A DNA stretch of 62,903 bases, counting the filler, from Reclinomonas americana ATCC 50394 (Eukaryota): the NCBI GenBank assembly GCA_048213135.1. It is 21 parts of 21 records of this genome, joined end to end, with 100 filler letters (N's around TTAATTAATTAA, not from the genome) between each part and the next. Parts side by side here need not be neighbours in the genome. Positions count along the whole stretch, not along the records: positions 21,793 to 30,304 come from AFZH01023881.1; positions 30,405 to 32,946 come from AFZH01023883.1; positions 33,047 to 34,647 come from AFZH01023884.1; 18 more parts are not named here. One strand, 5' to 3'. Under the pieces are notes generated by a model, which saw nothing but the letters and a program-made list of their open reading frames with translations, had not been told where the DNA came from and made no database searches. This document shows positions 21,693 to 34,647 of this stretch, in pieces (position 1 is the stretch's first letter; each line of letters opens with the position of its first letter). The translations under genes were made by a program, and so were the position numbers.

Positions 21693-23826
21693 NNNNNNNN
21701 NNNNNNNNNNNNNNNNNNNNNNNNNNNNNNNNNNNNTTAATTAATTAANNNNNNNNNNNNNNNNNNNNNNNNNNNNNNNNNNNNNNNNNNNNCTCTCGTG
21801 CGTGTGTGTGTGTGTGTGTGTGTGTGATTTGCTCGCTCAGGATTGTCACTCCCGCCTTTCTTCTCCCGCCTTGCTCTGAGACGTCGTCCATCCCTCGCCA
21901 GGCTACAGCCAGTACGCCACACAACATACAGCAGTATGAGAGCGACGTGACTCCGATGATGCGTGTGGGCTTTCAAAGACCGACACGGGACACGTCGATG
22001 AGAAATCGGCATAATATCAATGGACAAGCAGGGTGGTGGCTCGAGGTGGCGCTCCACTGCACCGTGCTGCTGTCCAGCAACACTTCATATCAACTGACTT
22101 GCATTCTCTATCAACGAGGACTCGCATGTCGTGCTGCTTGGATACGCAGCTATGGCCCTATTGTGCTGATGCCACCGCAGAGTACATCGGAGAATCCAGT
22201 AAGCACGACGAGTCAGCGATACCGCACACCTCCTTGGATCGGCCCACAGCGAGGTTGATGAGGGCACGATGATGGCAACCGGTACAGGAGAGGAGCAACC
22301 ATAATAGCAGCAAGCGGTGGAAGAGGCAGCTGCGTCGTGAGACTCGCCTCCTCTCACCAACATCACAATCAATGCCTCGTGCCTTCAATCACACTCACAG
22401 TCGGTCGGTAAATCGTCTCATGCATGTACTGTGAGGCACGGAACCACGTGTTGCCCAGTGGACAATTACTTGCCAGCACGCCTGTGACACAGAATTGAGT
22501 CAGTCAATCGTCAAGTACTAGTCTCGTCAACTTGTTCCTCAACGCACGTGCAGAACACGCACGCACCGAATGTTGCTGGACACGCACGCGTCTTCAATCT
22601 CCTATGACCACCAGCAGCATCACTCGGCAGTGACAGCGACAACCAAGGAGCGCACATCATTGATTCGCTCCGACTTGCCAGTCGGGATTGAACGATCCAC
22701 CGGCCAGGACCATGTCGCACATAACGGCACGCATGCCACCCACGCCACGCTCTCCATGGCATGCACGACCTACACGACTGAGGTGAGTGGGAGGGAAAGC
22801 GGAAAGAGAGATCACGACGAAAAAGTCCACACACCTGCTTCGTGCAGGGTGGGATGCGAGTGGGGAGCAGAGTGAGTGAGGTGACAGCCGGCAACGGGCG
22901 ATGCACAGCATGCCTGTCTTCGTCATGGAACAACGAGGGGGACCTGCCCTAAGGTGCCTGCATGTCGGTGTGCTGTGAGCGAAAGAATGGAGGAAGGAGA
23001 GAGATATCTGCTCTGTCTCAACGACGAACACACCAATCAGCATCTGATACCAACTCAAGAGGCAAGCCAAGGGATGCTTCTGCACACACATCCATCCTGC
23101 GAAGGAGAGGGAGAGAAGAATCAGCATGCAGTCAGGCCATCTCACACACTTCGGCATCGGGAAGCTCACCATGATGAACTGGCAGGATGGCAGTCGGTGC
23201 ATCATGAGTAGGGAAGCATGCTCGACCTCGAGCGAGTGCGGAAAAGAGGAGTGGATGACTGGGGAGGCAAATGAGCGCACAAAGGCAGGGAGATGGCGGA
23301 GAAAGAGATAGACTCTGCAGGAGGCAGGAAAAAGAGAGCTGAAAGACAGGCATTCTTCAGAGCCGGAGGGAGAATGTCCCCGGCGCACAGGCACAATGGG
23401 AAGCAGAGCAGTGATGCCAAAGTGGTGCGCAAAAGAAGACGCGAGGAAACAAACATCGATGACTTGCTCTCCTGAGGCACATACGTGGGCGACGAAAGAT
23501 GCACGCACAACAGACATCACAAAGAGACAGAAAGACAAAACAGACTCCCAAGTGATTCATCTCGCTCGCACACACAAACTGAGGTGAGAAAAAGACACGC
23601 ACACAGAGGGAGACATGCTTCACGCCCGCACACTCACATTCTCATGACACGACAGGGCAACAAACACGGGAGAACAATTCTTCATCAACAACTTTCTCAT
23701 TGCCTTCCTCTGTCATCCTCTTCCCCCTCCTGCACCTCGCACAACCACCCGCTCTCCCTTGCAAGACACGGAATACAACTCACAATCACCAGCAGCCACC
23801 GCTCTCCCTCCCTCCGACTCACCGAT

Positions 23827-25000
23827 TCAGCACCGGAAGAGGACGACCTCGGCATCCTCGACGATGAAGCAGCGCAGAACCAGCTCGGGAAGGCATCGTG
23901 AATCTACTTCATCCTCCTGCATCTCCTGCACGTCGTGCATAACCGAGCGTGCGGCACCGAGTTCGAGACGAGCAAGGCCACGCGGCGTGGACCACACTCG
24001 CACGGTCTCGTCGTGGCCACCCGCACTCACGATGTGCTGGCCATCCGGAGTGGCGGCCACACACGACACCCATTCGTCATGACCCTCCAACCGTCGCACC
24101 TCCTCCCCGCTCGCCAGCAACCACACCCGCACGGTGCAGTCCCCGCTCCCACTCACAATATGCTGACTGTCAGGAGAGACCGCCACGGACGACACCCATT
24201 CTGTGTGCCCCTCCAACCGCCGCACCTCCTCCCCGCTTGCCAGCGACCACACCCGCACTGTGCAGTCCCAGCTCCCACTTACGATGTGATGACCCGCAGG
24301 AGTGATGGCGACAGACGTCACAGTGTCGGCGTGTCCCTCTAACCGTCGCACCTCTTCCCCACTCGCCAGCAACCACACCCGCACTGTGTTGTCTCCACCC
24401 CCACTCACAATGTGCTTACCATCGGGAGTGACAGCGACAGACTCCATCCAGTGAGTGTGTCCTTCCAACCGTCGCACCTCCTCCGCACTCGCCAGAGACC
24501 ACACCCGTACAGTCTTGTCGAAGCCGCCGCTGACGACGCGCTGACCATTGGGGGTGACGGCGACAGACATCACCTCATCGGTGTGGCCCGCCAGCCGTCG
24601 CACTTCTTCACCACTCGCCAGCGGCCACACACGTACGGTACAGTCTCCACCTCCACTCACGATGTGCTGGCCATCAGGAGTGACGGCGACAGAAAACACC
24701 ACATCAGCGTGTCCATCCAGTCGTCGCACTTCTTCCCCACTTGCCAAAGACCACATTCGAACGGCACTGTCCATGCACCCACCAACAATGTGCTTGCCAT
24801 CGGGAGTGACGGCGACGGATCGCACCACTGCGAGACTCTGAATGATCTGTGTCGATCACTCGCGGTGAGACGCACGCATCAGCAATCAAAGACAAACATA
24901 ACAACACAAGAACAACAACCGCACACATGCACAAGCACATGGATGCACATGCAGACACCAACCACGCAAAGTGCGCACACACTCACACCTTTGTTGCCAT
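23827..25000 (-). CDS. Stand-alone WD40 protein copy 1 (7 near-identical 42-aa repeats plus ~54-aa tail), intact, ~343 aa
   Basis: Micro-exon ATGGCAACAAAG (25000-24989), phase-0 GT-AG intron (24988-24847), exon 2 at 24846-23827. Repeat consensus is GHxxxVxSVAVTPDGQHIVSGxxDxTVRVWSLASGEEVRRLE. Confidence 0.9.
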
Positions 25001-27000
25001 TCTCCGTGTGTGTGTGTGTGTGATTTGCTCGCTCCGGATTGTCACCGTTTCCCGCCTTTCTTCGCCCGCCTTGCTCTGAGACGCTTCCGCATCCCTCGCT
25101 GCGCTGCAGCCAGCACCCCACACAGCATGCGGTAGTGTGTGAGTGATGTGGCTTCGTTGATGCGCGTGATCTTTCGAAGACCGACACGAGGCTCGTCGAT
25201 GCGAAATTGGCAGAATGGACATGCTGGTGGTGGTGGCACAAGGTGGCGCTCCACTGCACCGTGCTGCTGTCCAGCAACATTGCCTTTCGACTGACCTGCA
25301 TTCTCTCTCAACGAGGATTGGCATGTCGGCCTGCTTGGATACGCAGTTGTGGCCCTGGTGTGCTGATGCCACGGCACACCCGAGAATCCATGGAGCACCG
25401 AGTCTTCGAAACCGCACACCTCCTTGGCTCGGCCCACAGCGAAGCTGACGAGGTGCACGTCATGATGGTACGACGAAGAAGGAGAGTCATAGGGAATAGG
25501 AGAGGAACGACCACCACAGCAGCACAACGATGGAGCAGGCAGCTGTGTCGTGAGGCTCGCCTCCTCTCACCCAAGTCACAATCAATGCCTCGTGCCTTCA
25601 ATCACACTCACATTCGGTCGGTGAATCGTCTCCAGCATATACTGTGGCACGGAACCACGTGTCTTCGCATGCCAGTGACGAGTCACTTGCCAGCACGCTC
25701 ACACACAGAATTGAGTCAGTCAATCTCAAGTCTCACCAACTAGCTCCTCAGTGCAGAAGCAGAACACGTACGCACCAGGCCACGCGCGCGTCTGCAGTCT
25801 CCCATGACCATCACCATGGTCACTCGGCAGTGAGAGCGACAACCAAGAAGCGCACATCATCGATTCGCTCCGACTTGCCAGCCGGGATTCAAAAACGATC
25901 CACCAACCAGGCCACCATCGCACAGCACGGCACGCGTACGTACATCCACCCAGCCACGCACTCCATGGCATGGATGGTCTGCATGAATGAGGTGAGTGGG
26001 AGGGAAGGAGGAAAGAGCGATCAAGACGAACAAGTCCACACACCTGCTTCGTGCAGGGTGGGATTCGAATTAGTGAGGCGATAGCCGACAACCGGCGATG
26101 CACGACACGGCCAGTCATCGTCACGACCAACGAGAAGGAGAACGTGTTTCCAAGGTGTCTGCATGTCGGTACACTGTGAGCGAAAGAATGGAGGAAGGAG
26201 AGAGATATCTGCTCTGTCTCAATGACGAACACACCGATCAGCACTTGATACCAACACGCGTTTGGGCAAGCGGCAAGGCGAGGGACGCTCACACAACCAT
26301 CCTGCAAGGGAGAGAAGGAGCAGAGTCAGTATGCAGGTATGCCACCTCACACACTTCGGCATCGGGAAGCTCACCATGATGGGCTGGCAGGATGGCAGTC
26401 GGTGCATGATGAGCAGACCAGAATGTTCGACCTCGAGCGTGTGCGGCGAGGAGGGGTGGATGACTGGGGAAGCAGATGAGCGCATAAAGGCAGGGAGATG
26501 GCGGAGAAAGAGAGAGAGAGAGAGAGAGAGCGGAAAGACAGGCATCCTGCAGAGACGGACGGAGAATGTCCGCGGCTCACAGGCACAATGGGAAGCAGAG
26601 TATGGCGGTGCCAAGGAAGTGTGCAAAACGAGACGCGAGGGAAACAGACAACGGTGACTCGGTCTCATGAGGCACGTATATCAGCGACGAAAGATGCACG
26701 CACAACAGACATCACAACGAGGGGAAAAGAAATCATAGACTCCAATTGATTCATCTCGCTCGCATACACAAACGGAGGTGAGAAAGAGACACGTAAACAG
26801 AGGGAGACGTGCTTCACTACCTCTCTCTCACTCACATGATAGGGCAACAAGCACAGAGAACAATTCTGCATCATCCACGTCGACTTCCTCTCCTCTCGTC
26901 AGTCGTCCTCTCTTCCCCCACCCACTCTCCCCCGCAAGACACGAAAAAACAACTCACAATCACCAGCAGCCACCGCTCTCCCTCCCTCCGACTCACCGAT

Positions 27001-28048
27001 TCAGCACCGAAAAAGGACAACCTCGGCATCCTCGACGATAAAGCAGCGCAGAACCAGCTCGGGAAGGCATCGTGAATCTACTTCATCCTCCTGCATCTCC
27101 TGCACGTCGTGCATAACCGAGCGTGCGGCACCGAGTTCGAGACGAGCAAGGCCGCGCGGCGTGGACCACACTCGTATCGTCCCGTCAATGCCACCTGCAC
27201 TCACAATGTGCTGACCATCGGGAGAGACGGCCACAGACGATACCCATCCGTCATGTCCCTCCAACCGTTCCACTTCCTCCCCGCTCGCCATTCGCACGGT
27301 GCAGTCCCCGCTCCCACTCACAATGTGTATGCTGACTACCAGGGGTGACAGCGACTGACCACACCCAGTCAGCGTGTCCTTCCAGCCGTCGCACCTTCTC
27401 CCCACTCGCCAGAGACCACACTCGTACTGTGTAGTCCCAGCTCCCGCTAACAATGTGCTGGCCATTGGGGGTGACGGCGACAGACCACACCTTATCATCG
27501 TGTCCCTCTAACCGTCGCACCTCCTCGCCACTCTCCAGCGACCACACTCGCACTGTCTTGTCGAAGCCGCCGCTGACGACGTGCTGTCCATTGGGGGTGA
27601 CGGCGACTGACCACACCTCCCGGGAGTGACCCGTCAACCTTCGCACTTCATTGCCAGTCGCCAGCGACCACACGCGTACTGTGTTGTCTCGACTCCCACT
27701 GATAATGTGCTGACCATCGAGAGTGACGGCGACAGATGTCACCGTGGCGGTGTGTCCATCCAGCCGTAGCACTTCTTGCCCACTCGCCAGCGACCACACT
27801 CGAATGGTACTGTCCTCGCATCCACCCACAATGTGCTTGCCATCGGGAGTGACGGCAATGGACCGCGCCGCAGAAGCGAGACTCTGAATGATCTGTATCA
27901 AGCACTCGCAGTGAGACGCACGCACACAGCAACGTTGGAAGACACGCACATACACACAATCAACAACCGCACACACGCAGAAGCACACGAATGCACGCAC
28001 AGACACCAACCACGCAAAGCGCGCACAAATTCACACCTTTGTTGCCAT
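27001..28048 (-). pseudogene. WD40 copy 2 (6 repeats), frameshifted
   Basis: Same MATK micro-exon (28048-28037) and intron. Repeat 5 has a ~4-nt insertion near 27325 and a 9-nt deletion. The tail is identical in protein to copy 1. Confidence 0.8.
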
Positions 28049-30237
28049 TCTCCGCGTTGTGTGTGTGCGTGTGAGAGTGTGATTTGCTCGCTTAGGATTG
28101 TCACTGTTTCCCGCCTTCTTCTCCCGCCTTGCTCCGAGACGCCGTTCATCCCTCGCCAGGCTGCAGCCAGCACTCCACACATCATGCGGTAGTGTGTGCG
28201 ATGTGGCTCTTTGATACGTGTGGGCTTTTGAAGACCGACATGGGACTTGTCGATGGGAAATCGGCAGAATGGACAAGGGTGGTGGCTCGAGGTGGCGCTC
28301 CACTGCATCGCGCTGCTGTCCAGCGACACTCTCTTTCGACTGACCTGCATTATCTCTCAACGAGGACTGGCATGTCGGGCTGCTTGAATACGCAGTTGTG
28401 GCCCTGGTGTGCTGATGTCACGGCACACAAGAGAATCTATGGAGCACCGAGTCTTCGAAACCTCAAGCCTCCTTGGATCGGCCCAAAGCGAGGCTGATTA
28501 GGGCACGATGATGGTACGACGAAGAAGGAGAGTCACAGGGAACAGGAGAGGAGCGACCAGTACAATAGCACGTGTACAGCGATGGACGAGGCAGCTGTGA
28601 TAGTGAGTCTCCCTTTCCTCACCCGAATCACAATCAATGCCTCGTGCCTTCAATCACACTCACAGTCGGTCGGTTGAATCGTCTCATGCAGGCACTGTGA
28701 GGCACGGAACCATGTGTCTTCGCATGCCAATCCCTTGCCAGGACGCCTGTGTTCAGATGACACGTGCACGCAGAATTGAGTCAGTAAATCTCAAGTCTCA
28801 CCAACTTGCTCCTCAACGCACGTGTAGAACACACACGCACCGTATGTTGCTGGCCTCGCACGTATCTGCAGTCCCCCGTGGCCACCACCATCATCACTCA
28901 ACAGAGACGGCGGCAACCAAGAAGCGCACATCATCGATCCGCTCTGACTTGCCAACCGGGATCGAGAACGATCCACCGACCAGGCCACCCATCGGGAAAC
29001 ACGACACGCATCTGTGCATCCATGAGTAGATTGCCGAGCACGCGTCTGCAGTCACCCATGGCCACCAGCATCATCACTCGACAGAGACGGCGGCAGCCAA
29101 GGTGCGCACATCATCGATCCGCTTCGACTTGCCAGCCGGGATTGAAAACGATCCACCAACCAGGCCATCCATCGCACATCACGACACACATGTGTACATC
29201 CACCCAGCCACGCACTCCATGACGTGCACGGCCTGCATGAATGAAGTGAGTGGGAGGGAAGGAGGAAAAGAGAGATCACGAAGAACAGGGCCACACAACT
29301 GCTGAGTGCATGGTGGGATTCAGGTGTGGAGCCGAGTGCGTGAGGGGACGGTCGACAACGGGCAATGCACATCACGCCTGTCATCGCCACGACATGCTTT
29401 CCATGGCCTCTGCATGCCGGTGTGCTGTGGGCAAAGAATGGAGGACGGGGAGAGAAATCTGCTCTGTCTCACTGACAAACACACCGATCAGCACCTGATA
29501 CCAACACGCGTTTGTCAAGAGGCAAGCCAAGAGATGCTCACACAACCATCCTGCAAGGGAGAGAAGGAGCAGAGTCAGTATGCAGGTATGCCACCTCACA
29601 CACTTCGGTGCCGGGAAGCTCACCATGATGGACTGGCAGGATGGCAATCGTAACACGGTGAGCGGACCAGCATGCTCAGTCTCGAGCGTGTGCAAGGAGG
29701 GGCGGATTACTGGGGAATCAGATGAGCGCACAAAGGCAGGGAGATGGCGGAGAATGAGATAGACTCTGCAGGAGGCAGGAAAAAGAGAGCTGAAAGACAG
29801 GCATCCTGCAGAGACGGACGGAGAATGTCCGCGGCTCACAGGCACAATGGGAAGCAGAGTATGGCGGTGCCAAGGAAGTGCGCAAAACAAGACGCGAGGG
29901 AAACAGACAACGGTGACTCGCTCTCATGAGGTACGTATATCAGCGACGAAAGATGCACGCACAACAGACATCAAAACGAGGGGAAAAGAAATCACAGACT
30001 CCGCATACACAAATGGAGGTGAGAAAGAGACACGTAAACAGAGGGAGACGTGCTTCACCACCTCTCTCTCACTCACATGATAGGGCAACAAGCACAGAGA
30101 ACAATTCTGCATCATCCACGTCGACTTCCTCTCCTCTCGTCAGTCGTCCTCTCTTCCCCCACCCACTCTCCCCCGCAAGACACGAAAAAACAACTCACAA
30201 TCACCAGCAGCCATCTCTCTCAATTCGACTCACCGAC

Positions 30238-30304
30238 TCAGCACCGGAAACGGACGACCTCGGCATCCTCCGTGACGAAGCAGCGCAGAACCAGCTCGGG
30301 AAGA
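30238..30304 (-). CDS. WD40 copy 3, 3' end only
   Basis: LPELVLRCFVTEDAEVVRFRC-stop at the contig edge. Confidence 0.8.
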
Positions 30305-30776
30305 NNNNNNNNNNNNNNNNNNNNNNNNNNNNNNNNNNNNNNNNNNNNTTAATTAATTAANNNNNNNNNNNNNNNNNNNNNNNNNNNNNNNNNNNNNNNN
30401 NNNNCGGTGCCGGCGCCAGTGTGAGAAGGGGAGCTCGAGGCGGGCAATGATTGCCACTTGCCGCTGCTTCATGACAAGGCGACATGAAGGCACAAGCACA
30501 AGGCGGGTGTGTGGGTTGGTGAGCGAGGACTCGCCCAACGCCGAGCAGAACGCGTGTTAGTTCATTCCATGGTCTCATCTCAACCACCCACACACATCCA
30601 CACACACCTCGCACCCGGCATTCTCTTCTTGCACTCCCACTGCACTGTGCTGTGCCGTATCTGCTTCCCGGCTCCCTCCACTTGGCAAGGCAGTGGAGAA
30701 GCACGTGTGAGGCGGTACGGCAGTCAACAGGAGAGAGTTGCACACAGACAGATCGGTCTTCGTACATTCATTGAGC

Positions 30777-31062
30777 TCACTCCGTCCAGCACCTTCCAGG
30801 CGCACGGCGTTCAGTCACCTCTGCATCCTCCAGCACAAAACACCGCAGCACGACATCGACGAGGATCCAGTCACAGTCATCTTCGGCAAGCAGCTCGTTG
30901 ACGGCCAGCACGGCCAGTCGTGCGGCCACAACCTCTTGTCCCGCCAGCCCACGCGGCGTGAACCACACACGGATCGTTTTTTCCGCACTCCCACTGGCCA
31001 TCGGGAGTAACGACGACAGAGTATACCCATCCAGTGTGTTCCCCCCTAACCGTCCAACACTG
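30777..31062 (-). pseudogene. Divergent, degraded paralog of the same WD40 family
   Basis: EHTGWVYSVVVTPDGQ and, in another frame, SGSAEKTIRVWFTPRGLA..VVLRCFVLEDAEV. Confidence 0.7.
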
Positions 31063-31429
31063 CGCAACAGGAACAAAGGAAAGAAAGAAGAAACAATCAG
31101 ATGAGAAAGTGGGCTGTGAAGCAAGAGGGGACAGACATCGGCGAACGGGATGGAATGAGGAGAATGAGTGAGGAGTAGCGTGCTGCAATTACGTGGGTGC
31201 AAAAAGAAGAAGAAGAGAGAGAGAGAGGGTAGGCACAAATCGGAGTGGGGAGGAAGAGGATAGCAAGCGTGGAACGCGGCACAGTGACGAGCAAGCATCC
31301 CTCAATCGACACGAAGCAGAACAATGCGAGACGAGAAGAAAGAGAGAGTGGGCGCACGGAGGCATGAACAATGCAAGTACATGACATGAAGGAAGGAGAA
31401 AAAGGGCGGATCTTGAGGAGCGGACGATG

Positions 31430-31945
31430 GAGAGGCCAAGAAAGGAAGGCAAAATGGACATAAGAAAGAGCGAAACGAGACGAGCCGAGGAGAAGAAAGG
31501 AGAGTGGACAGAGTCGTGAAAGATGCAAGTGAAAAGAGATCAACGAAAGGCAACAAGGGCGGCTCACGGGAAGGGGACAATGGAGAGGGGAGATGCCAAG
31601 AAAGGAAGGCAAAAGAAGACACAAGAAAGAGCGAAACAAGACGAGACGAGGTGAGGAAAACGAGAGTGGGAGGAGGCGGGACAGATGCAAGTGAAAAGAG
31701 ATCAAGGAAGGAGAAAGGGACCGAAAAGGGAAGTCCTTGAAGCACAGAGAGGTGAGGAGAAGGAGAGTGAGAGTGGATGGATGCGTGAAGGATGCAAGTG
31801 AAAAGTGATCAACGAAAAGCAACAAGGGCGGCTCACGGGAAGGGGACAATGCAGAGGAGAGAGGCCAAGAGAGGAAGGCAATAGAAGACACAAGGAAGAG
31901 CGAGACGAGACGAGACGAGGTGAGGAAAAGGAGAGTGGGAGGAGT
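31430..31945 (+). repeat. Degenerate purine-rich tandem modules (probably intronic)
   Basis: Three copies each of GCCAAGA(A/G)AGGAAGGCAA..GAGAC and GATGCAAGTGAAAAG(A/T)GATCAA, and two of CAACAAGGGCGGCTCACGGGAAGGGGACAATG. Confidence 0.8.
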
Positions 31946-34228
31946 CGTGAAGGGTGCAATGGACGTGACCAATGCGAGTGCATAATGGAAGTGAGGAAGA
32001 ACGAGAGACAAAACGTGAATCGCTCACCTGCTCAGTATGTGAGACACAAGAACACAATTGGCGTAGCGTGTACTCGCTCCGCGTCATGGGTGTCGCACAA
32101 GGCGGGCAAGGAGAGATCTGAATGTGATGCTGGAGCGCGCCATTGCGAGGAACATGCACATCTCGTCGCCACGGCGCTCCGTCTCGCACAACACAATAGA
32201 CAGATGGTGCGATGGCAGGCCTCACTCCCCTGCGACATGAGAGCGCATGTGTGAGCAAAGAAAAAAACAGAGCAGCCAGCACTCGTGTTGCACCACCGCA
32301 AGCACACACCGATCGACAGAAAATGTGTGTGGGGATTCGAGCAGTCAAGGGACACATCGACAAGTGACCGGATGCCGCCCAGCAGCACCTGCTGCAGTAG
32401 AGCATGTGGACCAGGCGAGTCGAAATGCGTCACGCATCTGTCGCAGAAGTGGCATCATGCGTGTCAGTTCATGGCCATGCTGGTCGCCCTCCCTTCAACC
32501 TCAAGTCGCAAACGATCCTCTTCTCTCTCCACTCCTCTCACCGCTCCCGTCAACTCACCCCGCACGTGTGTATCGTCGAACGCTACCAGCATCACCAGTT
32601 GCTGTGGAGGAGTGCGTGACGGTCGATCAACGCAGAGCCACCAACAGGAAGAACAAGATGCGCCACATTGCGAATCCGGCGGTGGCCGACGACTGGCTCA
32701 CACGAGCTCCCATCGATATCACGCCGGCTGACAAGCGACGGTCGAATGGCACCGCTCTCTCACAATCATCGCCTGCAGGCGGAGAGCGCGATAAAGTGAG
32801 TGTGGGCGCAGAATTGGGCGAAGAAGGAGGGCGTAGAGAGTAAATCGGTGAATCTGAAGGGAGAGGGAGAGGTGGGTGGAGGAGAAAGAAGAAGGCAACG
32901 GTGGCATGGCGGACAAGGGGGAGAGGGGGGAGAGGGGTGCAGAGACNNNNNNNNNNNNNNNNNNNNNNNNNNNNNNNNNNNNNNNNNNNNTTAATTAATT
33001 AANNNNNNNNNNNNNNNNNNNNNNNNNNNNNNNNNNNNNNNNNNNNACTCGAGTGGCGGGAAAACTGAATCGAGGTACAACACGCACACATCTCAGCAGC
33101 AGACGTACATATGCGCACACGCACATGCACAAACACACAGCCATGCTCACTATGAGGAGGTGGATGAGAAAGAGAGGGAGAGAGAGAAATGAGAGAAAGA
33201 GACGCGAAACAATGAATGCCACTTTCACACACTCCACACTCTCTCCCTTTCCCACACACTCACTCACCTTGTGTGTGTGTGTGTGCAAGCAGCTGCTCAT
33301 GCACGATGTCGACAAGCGTGCCACACTCGTCCTCCTCCTCATTCTCCGAGTCTCCTCGCAAAACGCACACACGCGACGAGAGAATGTGTGCCAACGACGA
33401 AACACGGTCACTCGCTCACTCGCTCATGCATGCACGATCACACGCAAGCCACACCACTGATGCTTTGCTCGTGCATCAGCGCATCACACCACACAACAGA
33501 AGAAGAAGAAAGAGCGGCGGAGGTGCGGGGGACGGACAAACGATGCAACGTTGGACAACGTGTGGGCGTCTCTTCTCCCTCTCCTTGCTGGTATTCATCG
33601 CAGAGGCAGTGTGTGCAGGAGAGTGAGATGCAACGAGCTGATGCATTCATTGCGCCACCACGATAGCCACCACCACAGCCACCCAGTCCGCGATGATCGT
33701 GGTTCCCGAATCAATCGGCATTCACGCCACACTGCAGACCAAGGACGGACGCAAAAGCCACAGAGGAGGAGGAAGAGATGGATGGAGCGGCGCTGTGCCA
33801 ATCTCCTTGCACCGCATGAACATCGACTGTGGCCGATGGGAGAGAGAGAGCAAGGGAGGCGACGGAGTGGCGAGTCTGCCATCCCGCGCATTGCAGCAGA
33901 GGGGGGAATGTGGGGAAGGGGGAAGGGGAGAGAGCTCAAGGAGAATGTTGAGAGGTTGAGAGTGGGAGGAAGAGGAGAAGGATGGGGAGTGAGGAAAACA
34001 AACCAGCAGGAACAAGCATGCAAACACACACACACACTCTCTTTCTCTCTCTCTCTCACACACACATGCTGTTGCAATCGATGGCGGTTATTGTGAAGGA
34101 AGAAAACGACAAGCAGCGTGTCGCAATGCCGCGTGCGGTCTGCATGCAATACGCTCCTGTTTGACGAGCCAGGCATGATGGTGAAAGAGGAGAGCGAGAG
34201 TGGGGGAAAGGAGAGCGAGAGTGGGGGA

Positions 34229-34647
34229 GAAGGAACAATGCAACAGGAACAACTCACAGAGTCGTCCAAACCTTGCGATGCATGCACCGGCGATGATGGA
34301 GACAGGAAGAGAGAGACAGCTCTCCATTTGAGCAGGATCACGGATCGTGCTGCTGAACAGACACAATGAATGAATGAGTGAGCGCGAGGGAGGGGAAGAA
34401 GGAACAATGCAACAGGGACAACTCACAGAGACGTTCGAGCCTTGCGATGCATGCACCGGCGATGGTGGAGACAGGGAGAGACAACTCTGCATTTGAGCAG
34501 GATCACGGATCGTGCTGCTGAACAGACACAATGAGTGAATGATTGAGAAAGGAGAGCGAGAGAGGGAGAAGGAACAATGCAACACGGACAACTCACAGAG
34601 ACGTCCGAACCTTGCGATGCATGCACCGGCGATGGTGGAGACAGGGA
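34229..34647. repeat. ~170-bp tandem repeat (2.5 copies, truncated by the gap) shaped like exon plus intron on the minus strand
   Basis: GAAGGAACAATGCAAC starts at 34229, 34398 and 34568. On the minus strand each unit has a CAG acceptor, ~90 nt, and a GTGAGT donor. Confidence 0.88.

Larger units (their letters stand above)
21793..30304. repeat. Tandem array of a ~3.1-3.2 kb unit (WD40 gene plus ~2 kb spacer), about 2.7 copies, running off both contig ends
   Basis: The anchor GTGATTTGCTCGCT..GGATTGTCAC recurs at about 21824, 25020 and 28079, with colinear similarity throughout. Unit 3 has an internal ~180-bp duplication at 28860-29200. Confidence 0.95.

Noticed and set aside
9769..21792. Bacteria-to-eukaryote horizontal transfer of whole operons
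   Set aside because: All transitions coincide with artificial spacers, and the bacterial genes keep RBSs and operon overlaps and have no introns.
23990..24830. Diversity-generating retroelement acting on the WD40 repeats
   Set aside because: No reverse transcriptase or template repeat is present, and the differences are not adenine-specific.
34229..34647. CRISPR array
   Set aside because: Whole units repeat with no unique spacers; the context is eukaryotic and there are no cas genes.
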